From Rotaria sp. (lineage: Eukaryota), in the NCBI GenBank assembly GCA_905330235.1, contig CAJNUA010000046.1:311575-375574 (forward strand): a stretch of 64,000 bases of DNA, read 5' to 3'. The notes under the pieces are model-generated. The model was given only the letters and a program-made list of their open reading frames with translations. It was not told where the DNA came from and did no database searches. Every line of letters begins with the position of its first letter. Positions within the stretch are counted from its first letter, which is position 1. A program made the position numbers and the translations under genes. Of the stretch, positions 38,801-52,369 are shown one piece after another.

Positions 38801-40345
38801 TCAATGGTAAATAATACTCACAAAAGTCACACAGAAAAATATATATTCTAGAGAGAATCGCCTGGAATCAAAGAATATATTGATGGTTATGACTATTCAC
38901 ATTTTAACTAAGAAGTTAACCGAACCAATCAATAAAATACACAAAAAACAGGCTAATGATATACGGTGAAGCAATGTTTAGAAACTACAAAATCCTGCCG
39001 ATGTTTCTATTTTACGTGATAATAAGTGCGCACATTACCTATGAATATTTTTTTCTCTATTTATGTTTAATCGATATCCTTTTGATGATGTAACAAACGT
39101 TTATTCTACAATTTTCTTTAATTGTATTTGTTTTAATAGCTCTTACAGATGCAGATTCCTATTACATGTTTTTGTATATTTCGAAGTGAGTGAAATAAAA
39201 TTACCCATTTTTTTCGTTTTATTGAAGCTATTGTCATAAACTATTCACCGTCTACTCTTTCAATAAAAGTAAATTCTTGCGTTCAGTGGATTAAAAAAGA
39301 AGTCGCAGGATTCAATACTAATAAACATCGTAAATCTAGCAATCAGCTGAATGAATCTACATGTATTGATGTTTCTATTTGCAAATCAGGAAATATCTAA
39401 TATATAGTTGATAAGAAAAATAAACTACTTCAATTGTTCACGTTTAGTCAATCATCAATAATGAGTATCGCTGTAACGTCTACCGAAACTTTTCCTTTCA
39501 GAATGTATATTAATGATGTCAATTGATCTAAAAAATGCGTTTTACTCTCCGATAGACATCGTGCGAATAAATAGATTGAAGGTGCATTAGCAACCAGATT
39601 AGTGGAAAATGAATGTTAAGTTTGTAAATATAGAGCATTCAACAGCCAGAAAAATATCTACAGTGTAATTTGTTGTTCTGAATAGTTTTTTTTTAACATG
39701 AATTATAATTTTTCACAAGCAAAACAGGAGTACTGCTACAGTTAGTTTCAGTTAGGAAGAATTCATAATAGTTCGTGTGTTTCAAGAAAAATTTCAATCT
39801 GATAAATAGAATGATTAATAAATCAGGCAAGATCCAATTTCGATAGCTGAGAGATGTTCACAAAAAGATTCTTTTTTCTTTGTTTTTAAATTCTTGGCTC
39901 ACTTTGACAAATTTATCACAATGCATCAATTTTCAGGAATAGTAGTCTCTAGAAAAGTCAACATAATTAAAAGTCTGATAGCACTTTGATGAAACTTTGT
40001 GTACTAACCGAAAGCTACTCATTATTTGTATTGGCACACATGATTTGATAAATGCTAAAGGCAACATTGGTTCATACTTTTTTAACTACTATAGTCCATT
40101 TAACAAACAATAAATTGATGTCAGGTACTTTCTACAAGTATCTGAGAGAGTTATTATAGGTCTATATAATTAGAACCTTTATTTTTAGACGCCACGTAAC
40201 AAATCATGCCCAAAGATTTGAAAAACAAAAACTATTCTCTTCCATTAGAACCGCGCATATGGTGTCTATAACAGTGCATATGGGAATAAAAACAGTCTTA
40301 TTTAAGTCGAACAAAAACAAAATGAAATATAAAAATATTTTTGAT

Positions 40346-41218
40346 TCATAGTATTAGAGTTTTAATCGTCTTATGGTTCGCGTTTACTTGCCGTATTGTT
40401 TCTTTTCCTTGATCACTGAATTGATTGCGTGCAAGATCCAATCTATTCAATGTTCGATTGATTTGTATCATCGCAACAATATTGTCGATACTTTTGTCTG
40501 AAATTTGATTCTGTCGAATATCAATGCATTGTAATACTTGATTCTCTTTTAAAGCCACACAAAAAGCTTGTATTCCTGCATCACCAATTTCATTGTAATC
40601 GAGAGAGAGCATCTTCAATGTTGTATTTGATCGAATCAACGAAGCTAATTCTTTTGCACTTACATCTGTCATACAAGTTCTTCCGATCTTCAATGTCGTT
40701 AAAGTTCGATTGTGTTGAAGAGCTTGAGCAATTAATGTTATTCCATTATCCGATAGTGGATTTGCGTGTAATAGTAAATTGATGACTGTTGAATTGGTTC
40801 GAAGCATTTCACTGATTGCTTGTGCACCAATCGCCGTTATGTGATTGTCTGTCAAGTTTAGATCAGCTATGGTCGTATTATATGTAAGTGAATTCATGAA
40901 AAGCGTAACTCCTCTATCTCCTAATGAATTACCGCATAGATGAAGAGCTTTCACTGCTGTATTAATTGCTAATGCTTCGAATAAATATTCAACACCGTCT
41001 TCATTAACCAGATTTTGACCAATTATTCTGAGAGAATTCCAAATTCTATTCGTTCTCAATTCATCTGCAATTAATTTTATATCATCATTAGATAAAGTAT
41101 TTACATAAAATGTTGCCGATTTGCATAAACGCATTTTTCGAATGAGTATCTCTAATTTTTCGTTTTCATATGTTGGTGTTGAATATTCTTCGATATCTTC
41201 GTCGTTAGTAGCAGCCAT
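40346..41218 (-). CDS. leucine-rich-repeat protein, ribonuclease-inhibitor (RNI/NLR-C-terminal) type, intronless, 290 aa
   Basis: Nine or more ~28-aa repeats of the L..L.L..N.I.D.G...L..AL..N..L type (LHLCGNSLGDRGVTLFMNSL, LSLDYNEIGDAGIQAFCVAL, LDLARNQFSDQG). Confidence 0.75.
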   Translation of the reverse strand: MAATNDEDIEEYSTPTYENEKLEILIRKMRLCKSATFYVNTLSNDDIKLIADELRTNRIWNSLRIIGQNLVNEDGVEYLFEALAINTAVKALHLCGNSLGDRGVTLFMNSLTYNTTIADLNLTDNHITAIGAQAISEMLRTNSTVINLLLHANPLSDNGITLIAQALQHNRTLTTLKIGRTCMTDVSAKELASLIRSNTTLKMLSLDYNEIGDAGIQAFCVALKENQVLQCIDIRQNQISDKSIDNIVAMIQINRTLNRLDLARNQFSDQGKETIRQVNANHKTIKTLIL

Positions 41219-44200
41219 TAATTGATGATTGTTGTTCTAAATTTCGTCTGAACTTTGTGAATGACTCAAAGCTCTTGAAAAAATTTTTAATAACGAATAG
41301 TAATTTGCAAAGTTTGTATATAAAGTAGCTTTTTTTGACGTTTATACGTGTAGTGTTTTTTTCTTTTGTTGCTATCGGTAATGTGTTATGCTTGTGTTGA
41401 ATGTTTATCGGTCGTCGTTGCAGTCATCTTTATCGCTTTTTTACCAATGCTATGAGTCATATCATCATACGTTCTACTGACATGACGAAGCAAATATTTT
41501 CATTGATTCATTCATTTTCTTTTTCATTGAGAAGAAATAACAAAAAAAATTGTTTTTTTTTTTTCTTCGATTTTGATGTCAATATTAAGAAAAAAATGAG
41601 TCTGAAATGGACCTGAATCATAACTTTGATGCAATATAATACAAGTGGTAATCCATAGAGGGATGAATCGATCACCTGAGTCATCACTAACAGACACTTT
41701 ATTTGCTTACTTTTTACATTTTTGATTTTATGAGATAAATTTGATAAATTTCGTATTGCATTTTTGACTAGAAAAATAATATTCGTTTTTATATGAGAAA
41801 AGCTGAAGCTATGTGAAACGTTATTTATCTAAATTATTACATATTCAAATTTAGGAAAAGCAAATTCCTTCCACAGTCATAAGATTTTATCCTGTCATAT
41901 AGTCAGAACCTTAAGCAAGATGGAAGACACAATTTGCAAAATTGTTTGGAGGGATAGTATGCCCAAAACGGTCAGTTTGTTTGTAGATCCTGCTATAAAT
42001 TTTCTTTCTTTTTATTTGTTTTCATATTTTGGTCATTTTTCTTCAATCAAATTCTATGTTACTATTCCGACAATTCCTATTTTAATCTATTAAATTTCTA
42101 ACAATGTGAGACATACTTGAACAGTAAGAGTTGACTGTAATATTGTGTTTCGCCCATTCTATAACAGCAACTTATGTACAGAGTGCATACATCTTATTGA
42201 CTTACGAAATAATGACTTAAGATTAAGAATGGCCCGTGTCCGACGATAAATCAATCGAAAATCGATTGATCTGCATCATCTAAGATACAGATTAATCTTC
42301 TAACCTCGATTCTGAATTTTCAGTAATCAATAGTATCGAAATAATTTAAAGCATAGGCAATGTGATTAATTAAAATAATAATTGAAGAAATGTACAGTTT
42401 ATAAACCGATGCATTTTGTGTTATTTAACCAAATATAAACACTCATCAGAGTTTTGTATTACCAGAAAGTGCAGAGGTCAAATAATGAAAGTTCAATAAA
42501 AGGAAGAAGAAAAAGGAAATGATGTCATCGAAATGGAATAACCATAGTAGAAAGTATAATTACCAAGACATCACGTAAAGATTGACAAAATTGAAGAATC
42601 AATAACAGTTGAATTAGACTAATAGGAAGTAGAAAACAAATCATATACTCAGTTATCAATTCGAATGTACGTATAAAAAATATCATCATTGAGTATGTGT
42701 TAATCGTTTTTGTCAATTGTGAATATGTCTTCTACTTAGGATCAGTACAATTCCATGGAACGTTGATTCAGCAAAGTATTCTTATCATGACGGATAATGT
42801 TTGGCTAGATATGTTACCATATTTGATCAATAGATAAAATAAATCAACATTATTTTGCCATGATCACTCGACAACTTTTGTTTACAAGGAAAATCCATCT
42901 TTTTTTTGTGTCATAGATTCTAATTTTGAGAAGTAAGTATTTAGTTAATACCGAATTTTAATAGTATTTGTGGAAACTACTCATAATTTAAGTCATTCTG
43001 AAATTTATTCAATAGCCATATGATTCGAAGTAACTCTCTTTCATCTCTCTCTCTATATATATTTCAAAGATAAAACAAAATCTATTGGAACGTATCCGCA
43101 TGGCAAATGAAATATTTTTCTTTATATACATTGGATGAATAACGTTGAATGATAAATATAGAGTATGGTTCGTATGATGGCTTGCGTTAAACAGTAGTAA
43201 AAGATTAAGAACATAGCCACAATTCAAAAACTGACTTAGACATAGAAACTTAACATTAATACAGAATTCAAGGTCATACCATCATTACCATCAACATAGA
43301 CAGTAGCTAATTACTTTCGCACTCATGATTAATGATACAATTGTAGCACTGCTTTGAAGTTGAGAGTCTTTTGTATACTGTCTTTTTTGAATTGCCATTT
43401 TTTGGAGTATGGATATTGCTAAAAGATTAGCCTATAGTCGTATGAATTTATTTATTGCTACCCGATGCGATACATTTTCCGCTATATATATTTAACATCA
43501 AACGGCGCAACCAGAAAGAAGTTGTATGAGTAGCTCAGTTTTCTGATAATGTCCATAAAGGAGGTTTAAGTCTTCTAGAGCGGAGGAGACAGTTCAACCT
43601 CTTTTAACCTTCCCTCTCCCCTCTGTCGTTACCGTCTGGCTGCGCTACTACTAATATCTACATCTATTTGTACTTTTCACTTGGAAATTAACAATACTCA
43701 AACGTCATGTTCGGTCTCTGGTCGAAGAATGAAAAAAAGTTGTATAACCAACGTTTCGAACTATTTTTCATTTAAGTATGTTTAATTACTTCCTTTTAGT
43801 GGTCTATTATTTAAAATCAAATGCGGATGGTATCACATAGATATGAGATAACTGGATGCTTCGCTTTTTTCTCTTTGACCATTATAAATACTGTACGTGA
43901 TAGTCGTATTTTTCTTTCGATCTTGCTCTTCAATAGAATATGTTGGGTTTCAATTTTTTCAACTCAGACCTGAACAAAACTAATCCGACAGATTCTACTC
44001 TTCAATGTATAATACTTATAGCTGCATGAAAAATGAATAAATATTATTTTTATATTTGGTAATTCATTTTAGTTATGTATTAAACGAGAATAATTGACTT
44101 TTCCGATGGTATATGATATCATATTGCTTTAGTAGTTATTTGTGATTCTAAATGAATAAGTATCATATCGATTCTGTAAACCTTAGAGATATTAAAATGT

Positions 44201-44283
44201 CTAAAATTGATATTATTGTTATCACTACCTAACTTAATAAGTTTAATAAGAAATTTTATTTGTTTATAAAAGAATTCAACTGT

Positions 44284-44837
44284 TTATGTTTGATTAATAG
44301 TAATCATTTTCACTTCATCATGATATTGCCAATAATCATTTATGTATCCTTCTTTAACATGTTTTAACAAAACGTTTCGTCGAGTATCACAATACTGATA
44401 CTTTTCGAATATTTTTCTTTTAATTTTATCGAGTACGATTTCTTTAGTTAAGTCTTGTTCTAAAAGTTCACTAAGTTCTTCACATATTCTTTCTAAGTGA
44501 GCTTGATTTTCTTCGAAAACAATCGATTGATTATTTTTTTCTAAATAATATGCAAATGGATAAGTATATATTAACGTTCGACGACAATTTAATAAAACAT
44601 TAAATGCTTTTTCAATGATTTGAATATCATTTTTCGATATTTGTTGTTCATTTCGAATTAGTTTTGGACGAATTTTTTCGAATAATTTCGATTCTAAATC
44701 AAATGAATGTTCATGATTACGAAAGCGGTCATAATAATGCATATATCGAGATAAAACAAGAGCGTATTGATTTTGCAATTCATCACTAATTTGATCTGCA
44801 TTGTAGCGATTGCATTCTGTATGTTTAGACCATTTGC
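44284..44837 (-). CDS. Ariadne-type RBR E3 ubiquitin ligase, exon 2 of 2 (end of RING2 plus Ariadne domain)
   Basis: Acceptor ttgttattaag|GCAAATGG; phase 1 matches exon 1. Encodes G-KWSKHTECNRYNADQISDELQNQYALVLSRYMHYYDRF...TLIYTYPFAYYLEKNNQSIVFEENQAHLE...* (compare ARIH1 WYNCNRYNE...RYMNH...[29 protein letters not shown]). Confidence 0.85.
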
Positions 44838-45689
44838 CTTAATAACAAACAGAGATAATATTGTATTTGTCATCGAAATGTCAGTGCATAGCGACAATGA
44901 AATATACAAAAATTCAAAATATTTATCACATCTATGTGGATGTAAAAAATACAAAGCATTATGAATATTATTTTACTTATCTTGACTCGCTTAGGTATTG
45001 GAAGCATTTAACAGAGTTTCTCAATTTTAGTATCTTTTTCAATTTTCTATTTCACAAGAAAATCTAATCAGCATAGTTTCTTTTAGACTGCTATGTAAAA
45101 TTGACTTATCCTTCTCACCTTAATTATACTAATAAAAAGAATGTGTAATCTAAAGTCACTCTAATGTAAACAGACTTGGAGGAAGTATAGGTACCCGAGA
45201 AATCCATTACTGTATGCGTTTCAGATACATTTTTCTTAGTTTTTATTGACTTTGTATTTTTAATCGTCTTATCGCGAAGTTATTATTTTACTGTATTAAC
45301 AAATAAGACTGGAGAACTCGACCGATATTACAAACGGTTTTTTTTGCAAAAAATATTTTCTACTCAATCTCGAAAGACAAGGGATTATGTAAAATTAAGC
45401 AAAACAAACTGACAAAGAAACGTTTGCGATTGATCAATCACTATTGCATTCGGACTCACGTCAGTGCATAAGGGATATTCCAGTAAGATATAAAAAAATC
45501 TCCAAAATATAAGTGCCATTGGATCTTCTGTCCAAAGTTATAATCATTTGGCCAGAATTTTACCCTTCGTCATGGTATATAGCAACAAATCGAATGATGG
45601 TACTTTGACATGATATTTCTTCTTACCAACAGATCTATTTGTCAGTAGAATGTTCTGAAGGTTTCAGCTCAAAAGAATAACGGGTGGGG

Positions 45690-46480
45690 CATCATAAATG
45701 ACCGCTTTTCGCATAACATGTTTTCATCAATTAGTGTGTGTTTTAAAAAAAAACAAAATATACCACAAGATGCGACGTGAAAAGCTCTACAGTTTACACA
45801 AGGCTGTTTTTTTTTATAGTTGCACGTTTTGCTTTCAAAGTGGTCAAAGTTTTGCACGGCCAAATTTTAACCATGCGAAAACGATGTTTTTTCGATGCAA
45901 AATGAATTCAGTTTTTCTCATTTCATCTTTTTATCACTTGATATCTTTTATTAAATAAAACAACAAAACATACCACTAGATGCAGCATGAAAAGCTTTAC
46001 AATTTACAAAGAACAGCTGATTTTACATTTGTATTTTATGTTTTAAAAATTGACAAAATTCTGAGCGATCCGATATCGACGCTGCGAAAAAGATATTTTT
46101 TGTCATATAACAAATTTGTTTTTTCTTATTTCATCACCTGATATCTTTTATTTAAAAAAGAAATAAATACATCACGAGATGCAGCGTGAAAAGCTCCATA
46201 ATCTAGAAAGCAAAGCTGATTTTAATTATGTACTTTTTGTTTCGTAAAAAAAAGCAAAGTTCTGTGGGACCATTTTTCGCACGCTTAAAATTTGGTCACG
46301 CAAAATTCTGACCACTTTGGAAGCAAAAAGTGCAATTATAAAAAAGTCAGTCGTATGTAAATTGTAGGGCATTTTACGCCGGATCTTGTGGCATAGTTTT
46401 TTTTAAATAAAACGTATTAATTGATGAAAACATGTAATGCGAAAAGCGGCCATTTATTATGCTTCACCTATTATTTCCTT
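45690..46480. mobile_element. foldback element, second related copy of the 7570-8570 family, inserted in the Ariadne intron
   Basis: Terminal inverted arms ggggcatcataaatgaccgcttttcgcataacatgttttcatcaattag (45697-45745) and taattgatgaaaacatgtaatgcgaaaagcggccatttattatgcttcacc (46418-46468). The ataccacRagatgcagcgtgaaaagctYYaca subrepeat recurs 3 times direct and once inverted. Inner inverted pair at 45835-45885 / 46270-46320. Degenerate extension to ~45560-46610. Confidence 0.6.
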
Positions 46481-47169
46481 CGCAGGATATTTAAGTTCCA
46501 AAAAACAGGAAATTCTAGCATCTTTCATGAAATATGAGTGATTTCTTGACACTATATTATCTCGAGAGAGAAATATTCTGTTAAGCTAGCATTTTCAAAG
46601 CATTCTACTGACAAGTAGACTTATCTATGGGCAAAATCTCAGATCGAAATATTGTCATCGGACTTGTTGGTATATACCATGACAGAGGCAAAACTTCCCA
46701 CAAAATACCTATAACTCTAGATAGAAAACCTAAGAGAACTTATTCTTTTGGGGTTATTCATATCTCATTAGAGCCTAGTTTATGCATGAAGTTCGAATTA
46801 AAAAATGATTGATCAGTTGAAAACGATCCTCTGTGAGTGAATGAAATCTTTTGCAATTTAATTGCCCTCTACATTACTGAATATTTAGTTCTGGTTGTTT
46901 CTCATTAGTGATTATGCATTTATAAGTAACATTACAATTATGAATATTTTTCATAATTGTAACTTTATTTGTCTGTGCTCCATTACTTCATACAATTTGC
47001 TGTTCTCATTAATATTTTTAAAAAAATCTTTGTTCTGCTTTTTACTTCTGCTTATCAGATCTGAGATCATAGTCAAACTCAAACTCAGGATTGCTGAATT
47101 ATAATCTAACAGAGTATGTATCATCCTTCATGTTCTGTAGTTTTTCATTGCAAAATTCATTGTACTTAC

Positions 47170-48232
47170 CAAAGCATAGCCAACAAAATTCATAGTTACA
47201 TTTTCTACATGTCATATGGTTACAACCACCATTCTTTTCAATATTTACTTTACATTTTGGACAAGTTTTTGTGTTAGCTTTTAACCATACAATTGTATGA
47301 CTATCATCAAGTAGTTTTTTATTCCATTGTAATAATAGAATACATTTTATTGGATCATGCCATGGTTGAGCACATTGAAAACAGAATGATGTTTGACAAT
47401 AATCACATGTAATCAATTGAGCATAATTATAAGCCGATGTAAGAGATGTTGCATTAATAATATGACCGCAATTTTTTCCTGGACACCAACGAGCACGAGG
47501 ATTATTATCTACATAGGAATTTAATATGATCTTTGTATAAATATGTTTAACGAATTCATTATTATCAAGGAATTTTGTGATAGTTTCATCATCAATAAGA
47601 ATTTCACATTGAGAATCTGGACAAACAATTGTTTGAGCAAGACCTTCATTAATAATTTGATTCATCAAATAATTTTTCCAACAATTATTACAAAATGTAT
47701 GTTTACATTCAAGACTAAACATTTCTTTTTGTTCATCGGAATAACAAATAAAACATGTACCAGTTGATTCATTTACAGAGGTTTTTTCAGCAAATGGATT
47801 AACAATTTTTGCTTGTTGAAAAAATTCATCATGATCAATTTCATAGAATTTTTCTAATAATCGTTGTTTATTCCATTTGAAATAATGCAATAAAAGTTTA
47901 ATAATAGTCGGTGGTAATTGTAGAATATCTTTTACTTCATCAACATAATTCATCATTAATTCAACATATTGATTTTGAGTTAAAATAGAATAATGAAAAT
48001 TTGGATTTATTTCATCAGATGGTGTTAATGGTTCATCAATATATGGTTGAATAGTTTCATGTTGAGTATCTTCAGGAATTTGATAAAAATTTTCGTCAAA
48101 TTCATCAGCAGGAGTTGATGGTTCGCTAGTTTTATTTTCTAATTCATTTTGTTCAGCGAATTTCGGCGAAACAGGTGATAATTCTGTCATATCATAATAG
48201 CATTCATCATCATCGGTTTCGGTTTCACTCAT
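47170..48232 (-). CDS. Ariadne-type RBR E3 ubiquitin ligase, exon 1 of 2 (acidic N-terminus, UBA-like region, RING1-IBR-RING2); full protein ~538 aa
   Basis: MSETETDDDECYYD...CFICYSDEQKEMFSLECKHTFCNNCW...CPGKNCGHII...CDYCQTSFCFQCAQPWHDP...CPKCKVNIEKNGGCNHMTCRKCNYEFCWLCFG. Donor CTTTG|GTAAGTAC at 47169. The 22 aa after CFG in the raw ORF are intronic read-through. Confidence 0.85.
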
Positions 48233-51200
48233 TCTTTGAAATTGTTTTATTTTACTTTCAACTGTAGAATGAATAGCTTAGCTTTTTTACGTTGTTTACG
48301 ATAGTTTTGGTTCATGTACATGCTGAATTGCACAACCATTTATTGATTTGATGTCAGAACAAATGATTTCCTATGACTAATAGATGATTATTCTGTAATA
48401 TGAAGTGAAACATACTTGAAAACATTTGCCAAACTCCTTCAGTCCATTGGTCCATGTTATACTTTTTTCTATATATGGTAATGAAAGTTATCAATAGGTG
48501 TCCCTAGTTAGCGATGAAGAATACTATCCGAAACCATTCTTTATCGTAAAAAAAGTTGCATGATTTATTTCTCTCTATACTTTAAAAATGATATTTTATG
48601 TTTTTTCTAATACAATCCTCGATGTTCATTGGACTTTTTGAAATTTTATAGGAAGAGACAGTATAACGTCTTATTATTACTAAAACGATCAAAGTTTTTT
48701 CGGCGTTTTTCTTACATACGACACGAGAGAGATTGACAATTAAAAATCAATTTCTAACATTCTATTTAATTTTGTTCTCGAAATAAAATACTGTATTGTA
48801 TGATACTGATGCTTGTGAATAAGATTAAAAAAGGTAGTCGTTTAGATTTACTTATATTTTATAGCAAAATATGAATACAGAGTATTTACAATTTTTGCTA
48901 TAATGTCGTTATTCTATGTGTAATTTCATAAGATTCATTTGGTATCCTTTTATTCGAGAAGCTGGGTATTTTTTATAGGATAAGAAAAAATTTGACATAT
49001 TCTAAGAATATTTTAAAACAACTGCATCAATAAATCGGTCATTGGAGAACTATAGATTTTCCTTAAACGGTCAAGAAAATATTTTTTTCTCATTTTGTTG
49101 CATATTAATCATTATGTGACACATTTCTTTTCACTTGTTTCAAGAATAAACATCCAATTTTTTTGAATGAAAGCGCAATCTTTGATTTTTCAGTACTATT
49201 CTAGCATTCTGTCCTTCTTATTTGATCTCAGGAATTACTTTGATTTTTTTAAAAATTTGGTCACACTTCGTCTACGTACAGCTCGTATATTTCTATATTG
49301 ATTTAAAAAAACACTACTATTTATTCTTTTATTCAGAATAATCTTTAGCTGTTAAGTTTTCTTTTGCACTTCATAGAAAAAAAAAGTCGCATAGTATGCA
49401 CGCATCGTCCATCAAACCGGATGTGTAGCATGAAGAAAATAAAAAGATTAAGAAAGTCTCATTAATTCTGATTTTAGAAAGGAAGTCACGTTGCATGCAT
49501 ATATGAATGCGAGCAACCTATACAAAATCAAAAGAGAAAATGCACGCACGTTCTTGAAGATGATGATGAAAAACGATCATAAATATAAATCAAAAGAGAC
49601 ATTTTTTGAAATAAAATCTTTCTAAGCAATTATTTATAATGAAAGTACAATGCAAATTGTTTTTTTTTTTGAGAATTTGTGTTGTTTCGGATTGAATTGT
49701 CAAAATGTTAAGACTAATTGACAATTTAATATTCAATAGCATTTTATTACAATAAACTAAAATTCGCCGTATCTCTATTCGGCAAAAATGCAGTTTGATT
49801 TCATTTAAACTAAATTGTGCTAGGGAAATTAATTTCAATTTGAGATATTTTAAGCTGGAGGTTTCAACGGTTTTTGTTTTTATATAGAAGTTTATTTCAT
49901 AAAAAATACAGACGAAAAACTTAGCAATCATATATAACAAGAAGCTTAAAGAAAGAAGAAGTAATAAAAAATATTTTTCAAATCAAATAATTAAGCAAAC
50001 ATATTCTCATTTCACATTTACAAAGATCATTTAATAAATAATCGTCATTTGTTAATATGAGAAATTCATTTCATAGAAGAAGAACATAAAAGGTTTCAAA
50101 CAATTTTAATTTTAAAAATATTAAAATATAGATATTTAAGAAAATTTTTTTACTATTAAAAAAGTGTACTTTTAGTTTAAGTTTTACTCACGAGAGACTA
50201 TTGATTATCTAGAATAATATTGATAAAAATTATAGTAGTCGAAAGAAGTCCTGCTATCACATAACAAGTATATAAACTTAAATGCTTTTGCTTGATATTT
50301 GGATTGCAAATAGTGCTCAATAAACCCTGATCACATGTAGTAACACGAGATCAGTAGATCTTAATGCAAAGGATTTACGATGAAAGCACTGGTTCTTTCG
50401 TAAAAGCCTAAAAATACTTTTTTTTGAAACATTTCTGGTTTTTCACAATTTAAATGAGTCAATCTCCATTTTCTTATTAGCAAATAAAGGTTCACATGCC
50501 TATATTTTGTCACAGCGCCATTGCTGGCTGTGATTATGAAATTTTCAACGAAAACTTGATAAAAACAAAGCACTCATTGAAGAACATTTCAAGGCAAGTG
50601 GTTAATATTATCTGAAGATACCAGCCAGTTTTTGACGATTTCCTTCAACTGTCATGTGAAGATTACTCAAAAAATACTTCATAAAGCAGGCAAACTAAAA
50701 TCGTTTGACATAGAATTTTTTTAGTTATAGAAGCAGCACGGTGCTGTCGGCTAAGTGATCTAACATTATAAGATGTTTTTTTTATGTTGAGATATCCTTG
50801 TCTGAAGAAAAAAATTTATATTGGCCTTCTAACTCTTCCGTATGAAGGCGAATCAGAGTTCAACATGTTCTATTTATGATTAAACTATGAAAATAAATGA
50901 TTAAACTTCAGGTGCTTTTTATCTGATAGCAAAACTTGTTGCGACTACTGTATCATTACTCCAAAATGAATGTGTAATATCGCAAATCATTGGCTCCCTA
51001 TTCGAAGCTTATTTTATTCATGTGTACCACAGTCATACCACAATTCCTAATACAGAGTGATTAAAAGAAAACATCGAAGAATTCGACTTTTTTTTTTCAA
51101 TGGAAAACTTTTAAAATATTAATACCACTAGTGTAACAAGATGTACATTACCGATGAAAAGATACTTGATGTTTATGTTATTTCTTCCCAAAGTGAATCA

Positions 51201-51506
51201 TTGAAATTTTGAAGAACAGTATAATATGATACTTTTCGTAGCCTACCCTTTGAAACTGAAATCATTCACGTAGATAGATTTATAAAGAAATGTCCACAAA
51301 GCAACACGTACAGGTTTTTGCATACACATGTGTAAATGCACATATTTGAGAGAAGAAGAGATTTAAAACTAATGTTATAGATTTTTGAAAACGAGATAGT
51401 TAACAATTTAGCAGTTACTATAAAATATAATTGATTATTGATACATGTAAAAGAGAAAGAAGAACAAAAATAAAACCAGGATAATGATAGTAAGGTATAT
51501 CGTAAA

Positions 51507-51819
51507 TTACATGAGATTACAAATAACTGATGTTGGATTTAATTTATCGTCAGTTTTATATGGTATGTAGACTTTAATTTCTTCGAGAAAAGTAAGGTAG
51601 TCCTTCAAACTGAGTGCCAAAGTTAGTTGAGATCTAGCAACGTCTTCTTTTAATGAAGAAAACATAGCTTGTTGGCCTGCTTGGCACATATCATAAACTT
51701 TATGCAGTAAATGACCGTTCATCCCTTCGAAAGCTAGTAGAAGAATACTAAGTTCTTTATCAAGAAGAAACGATTTGACATGATCTTTAGTCCACATATC
51801 GATACAATGTGGATATTCC
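51507..51819 (-). CDS. TIR-SAM (SARM1-like) protein copy 1, exon 3 of 3: SAM domain, stop
   Basis: Acceptor ttttattgcag|G. Encodes (V)EYPHCIDMWTKDHVKSFLLDKELSILLLAFEGMNGHLLHKVYDMCQAGQQAMFSSLKEDVARSQLTLALSLKDYLTFLEEIKVY...NLM* with a SAM-like W..V..FL....L..F.GMNG..LL pattern. Phase 2 matches exon 2. Confidence 0.75.
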
Positions 51820-52369
51820 CTGCAATAAAACAAACAATGAATTATATGTTCATTTGATAAAATGTTCAAGTTTTCCTTTATTAAACAGAAGTATAAACCA
51901 ATGTATAGATAATCAAGAACGATTAAAAATACACTAGTAGAAAATTTGACACAGACATTCTAAAAATTGATCCTCGAGATTAACAACTCTTAAAACTCTA
52001 CTTCCTCTTTTGGTATCCTGGTGGTGGTAGCTCAGCCGATTAGATTACACTTTTAATAAGGGTCAGTACAATATTTCTGAGATTTATCAAGTAGAAATTT
52101 CCATCTCAATAAATGTAAATTTGAATAAGCATTGCGCTGTTGTTCAGTTGACACAAATGTTACAAACATGATGCTTTTTTTCAGATTTCTAAGAATTCAG
52201 TAAGAAATACAGACAACACCTGTTGGACATTTCCGTCACAATTTATACTATATCTCATCTCAAATCATCAAGATCTCTGTATTTTATAAAAAGAACTTTC
52301 ACAACAAGTTTTCAAGGTTTCTTTTCAGTAGTTTAATACTTCTAACTCTCATCTTTAAAACAGACTTAC

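Noticed and set aside
44694-44964. Two overlapping ORFs (86 aa minus, 65 aa plus) at the Ariadne exon-2 boundary
   Set aside because: They span the acceptor site and intron in the wrong frame; hydrophobic low-complexity sequence.
47099-47169. C-terminal 22 aa (KYNEFCNEKLQNMKDDTYSVRL) of the raw 377-aa Ariadne ORF
   Set aside because: A canonical donor G|GTAAGTAC lies right after CWLCFG. The downstream exon restores the conserved WxxCNRYN motif, so this tail is intronic read-through.
51820-51869. N-terminal MNILSNEHIIHCLFYCR of ORF 51507-51869 and the GEFLSSFLHT tail of ORF 53652-54458
   Set aside because: They lie beyond the acceptor (ttttattgcag|G) and donor (AAAG|GTGAGT) sites, and they are not conserved between the two paralogues, so they are intronic.
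52016-52060. tRNA-like 5' half (ggtggtagctcagccgattagat)
   Set aside because: Has a D-arm-like TAGCTCAG box but no T-arm (GGTTCGAATCC-type) or acceptor-stem complement downstream. At most a degenerate tRNA-derived fragment.
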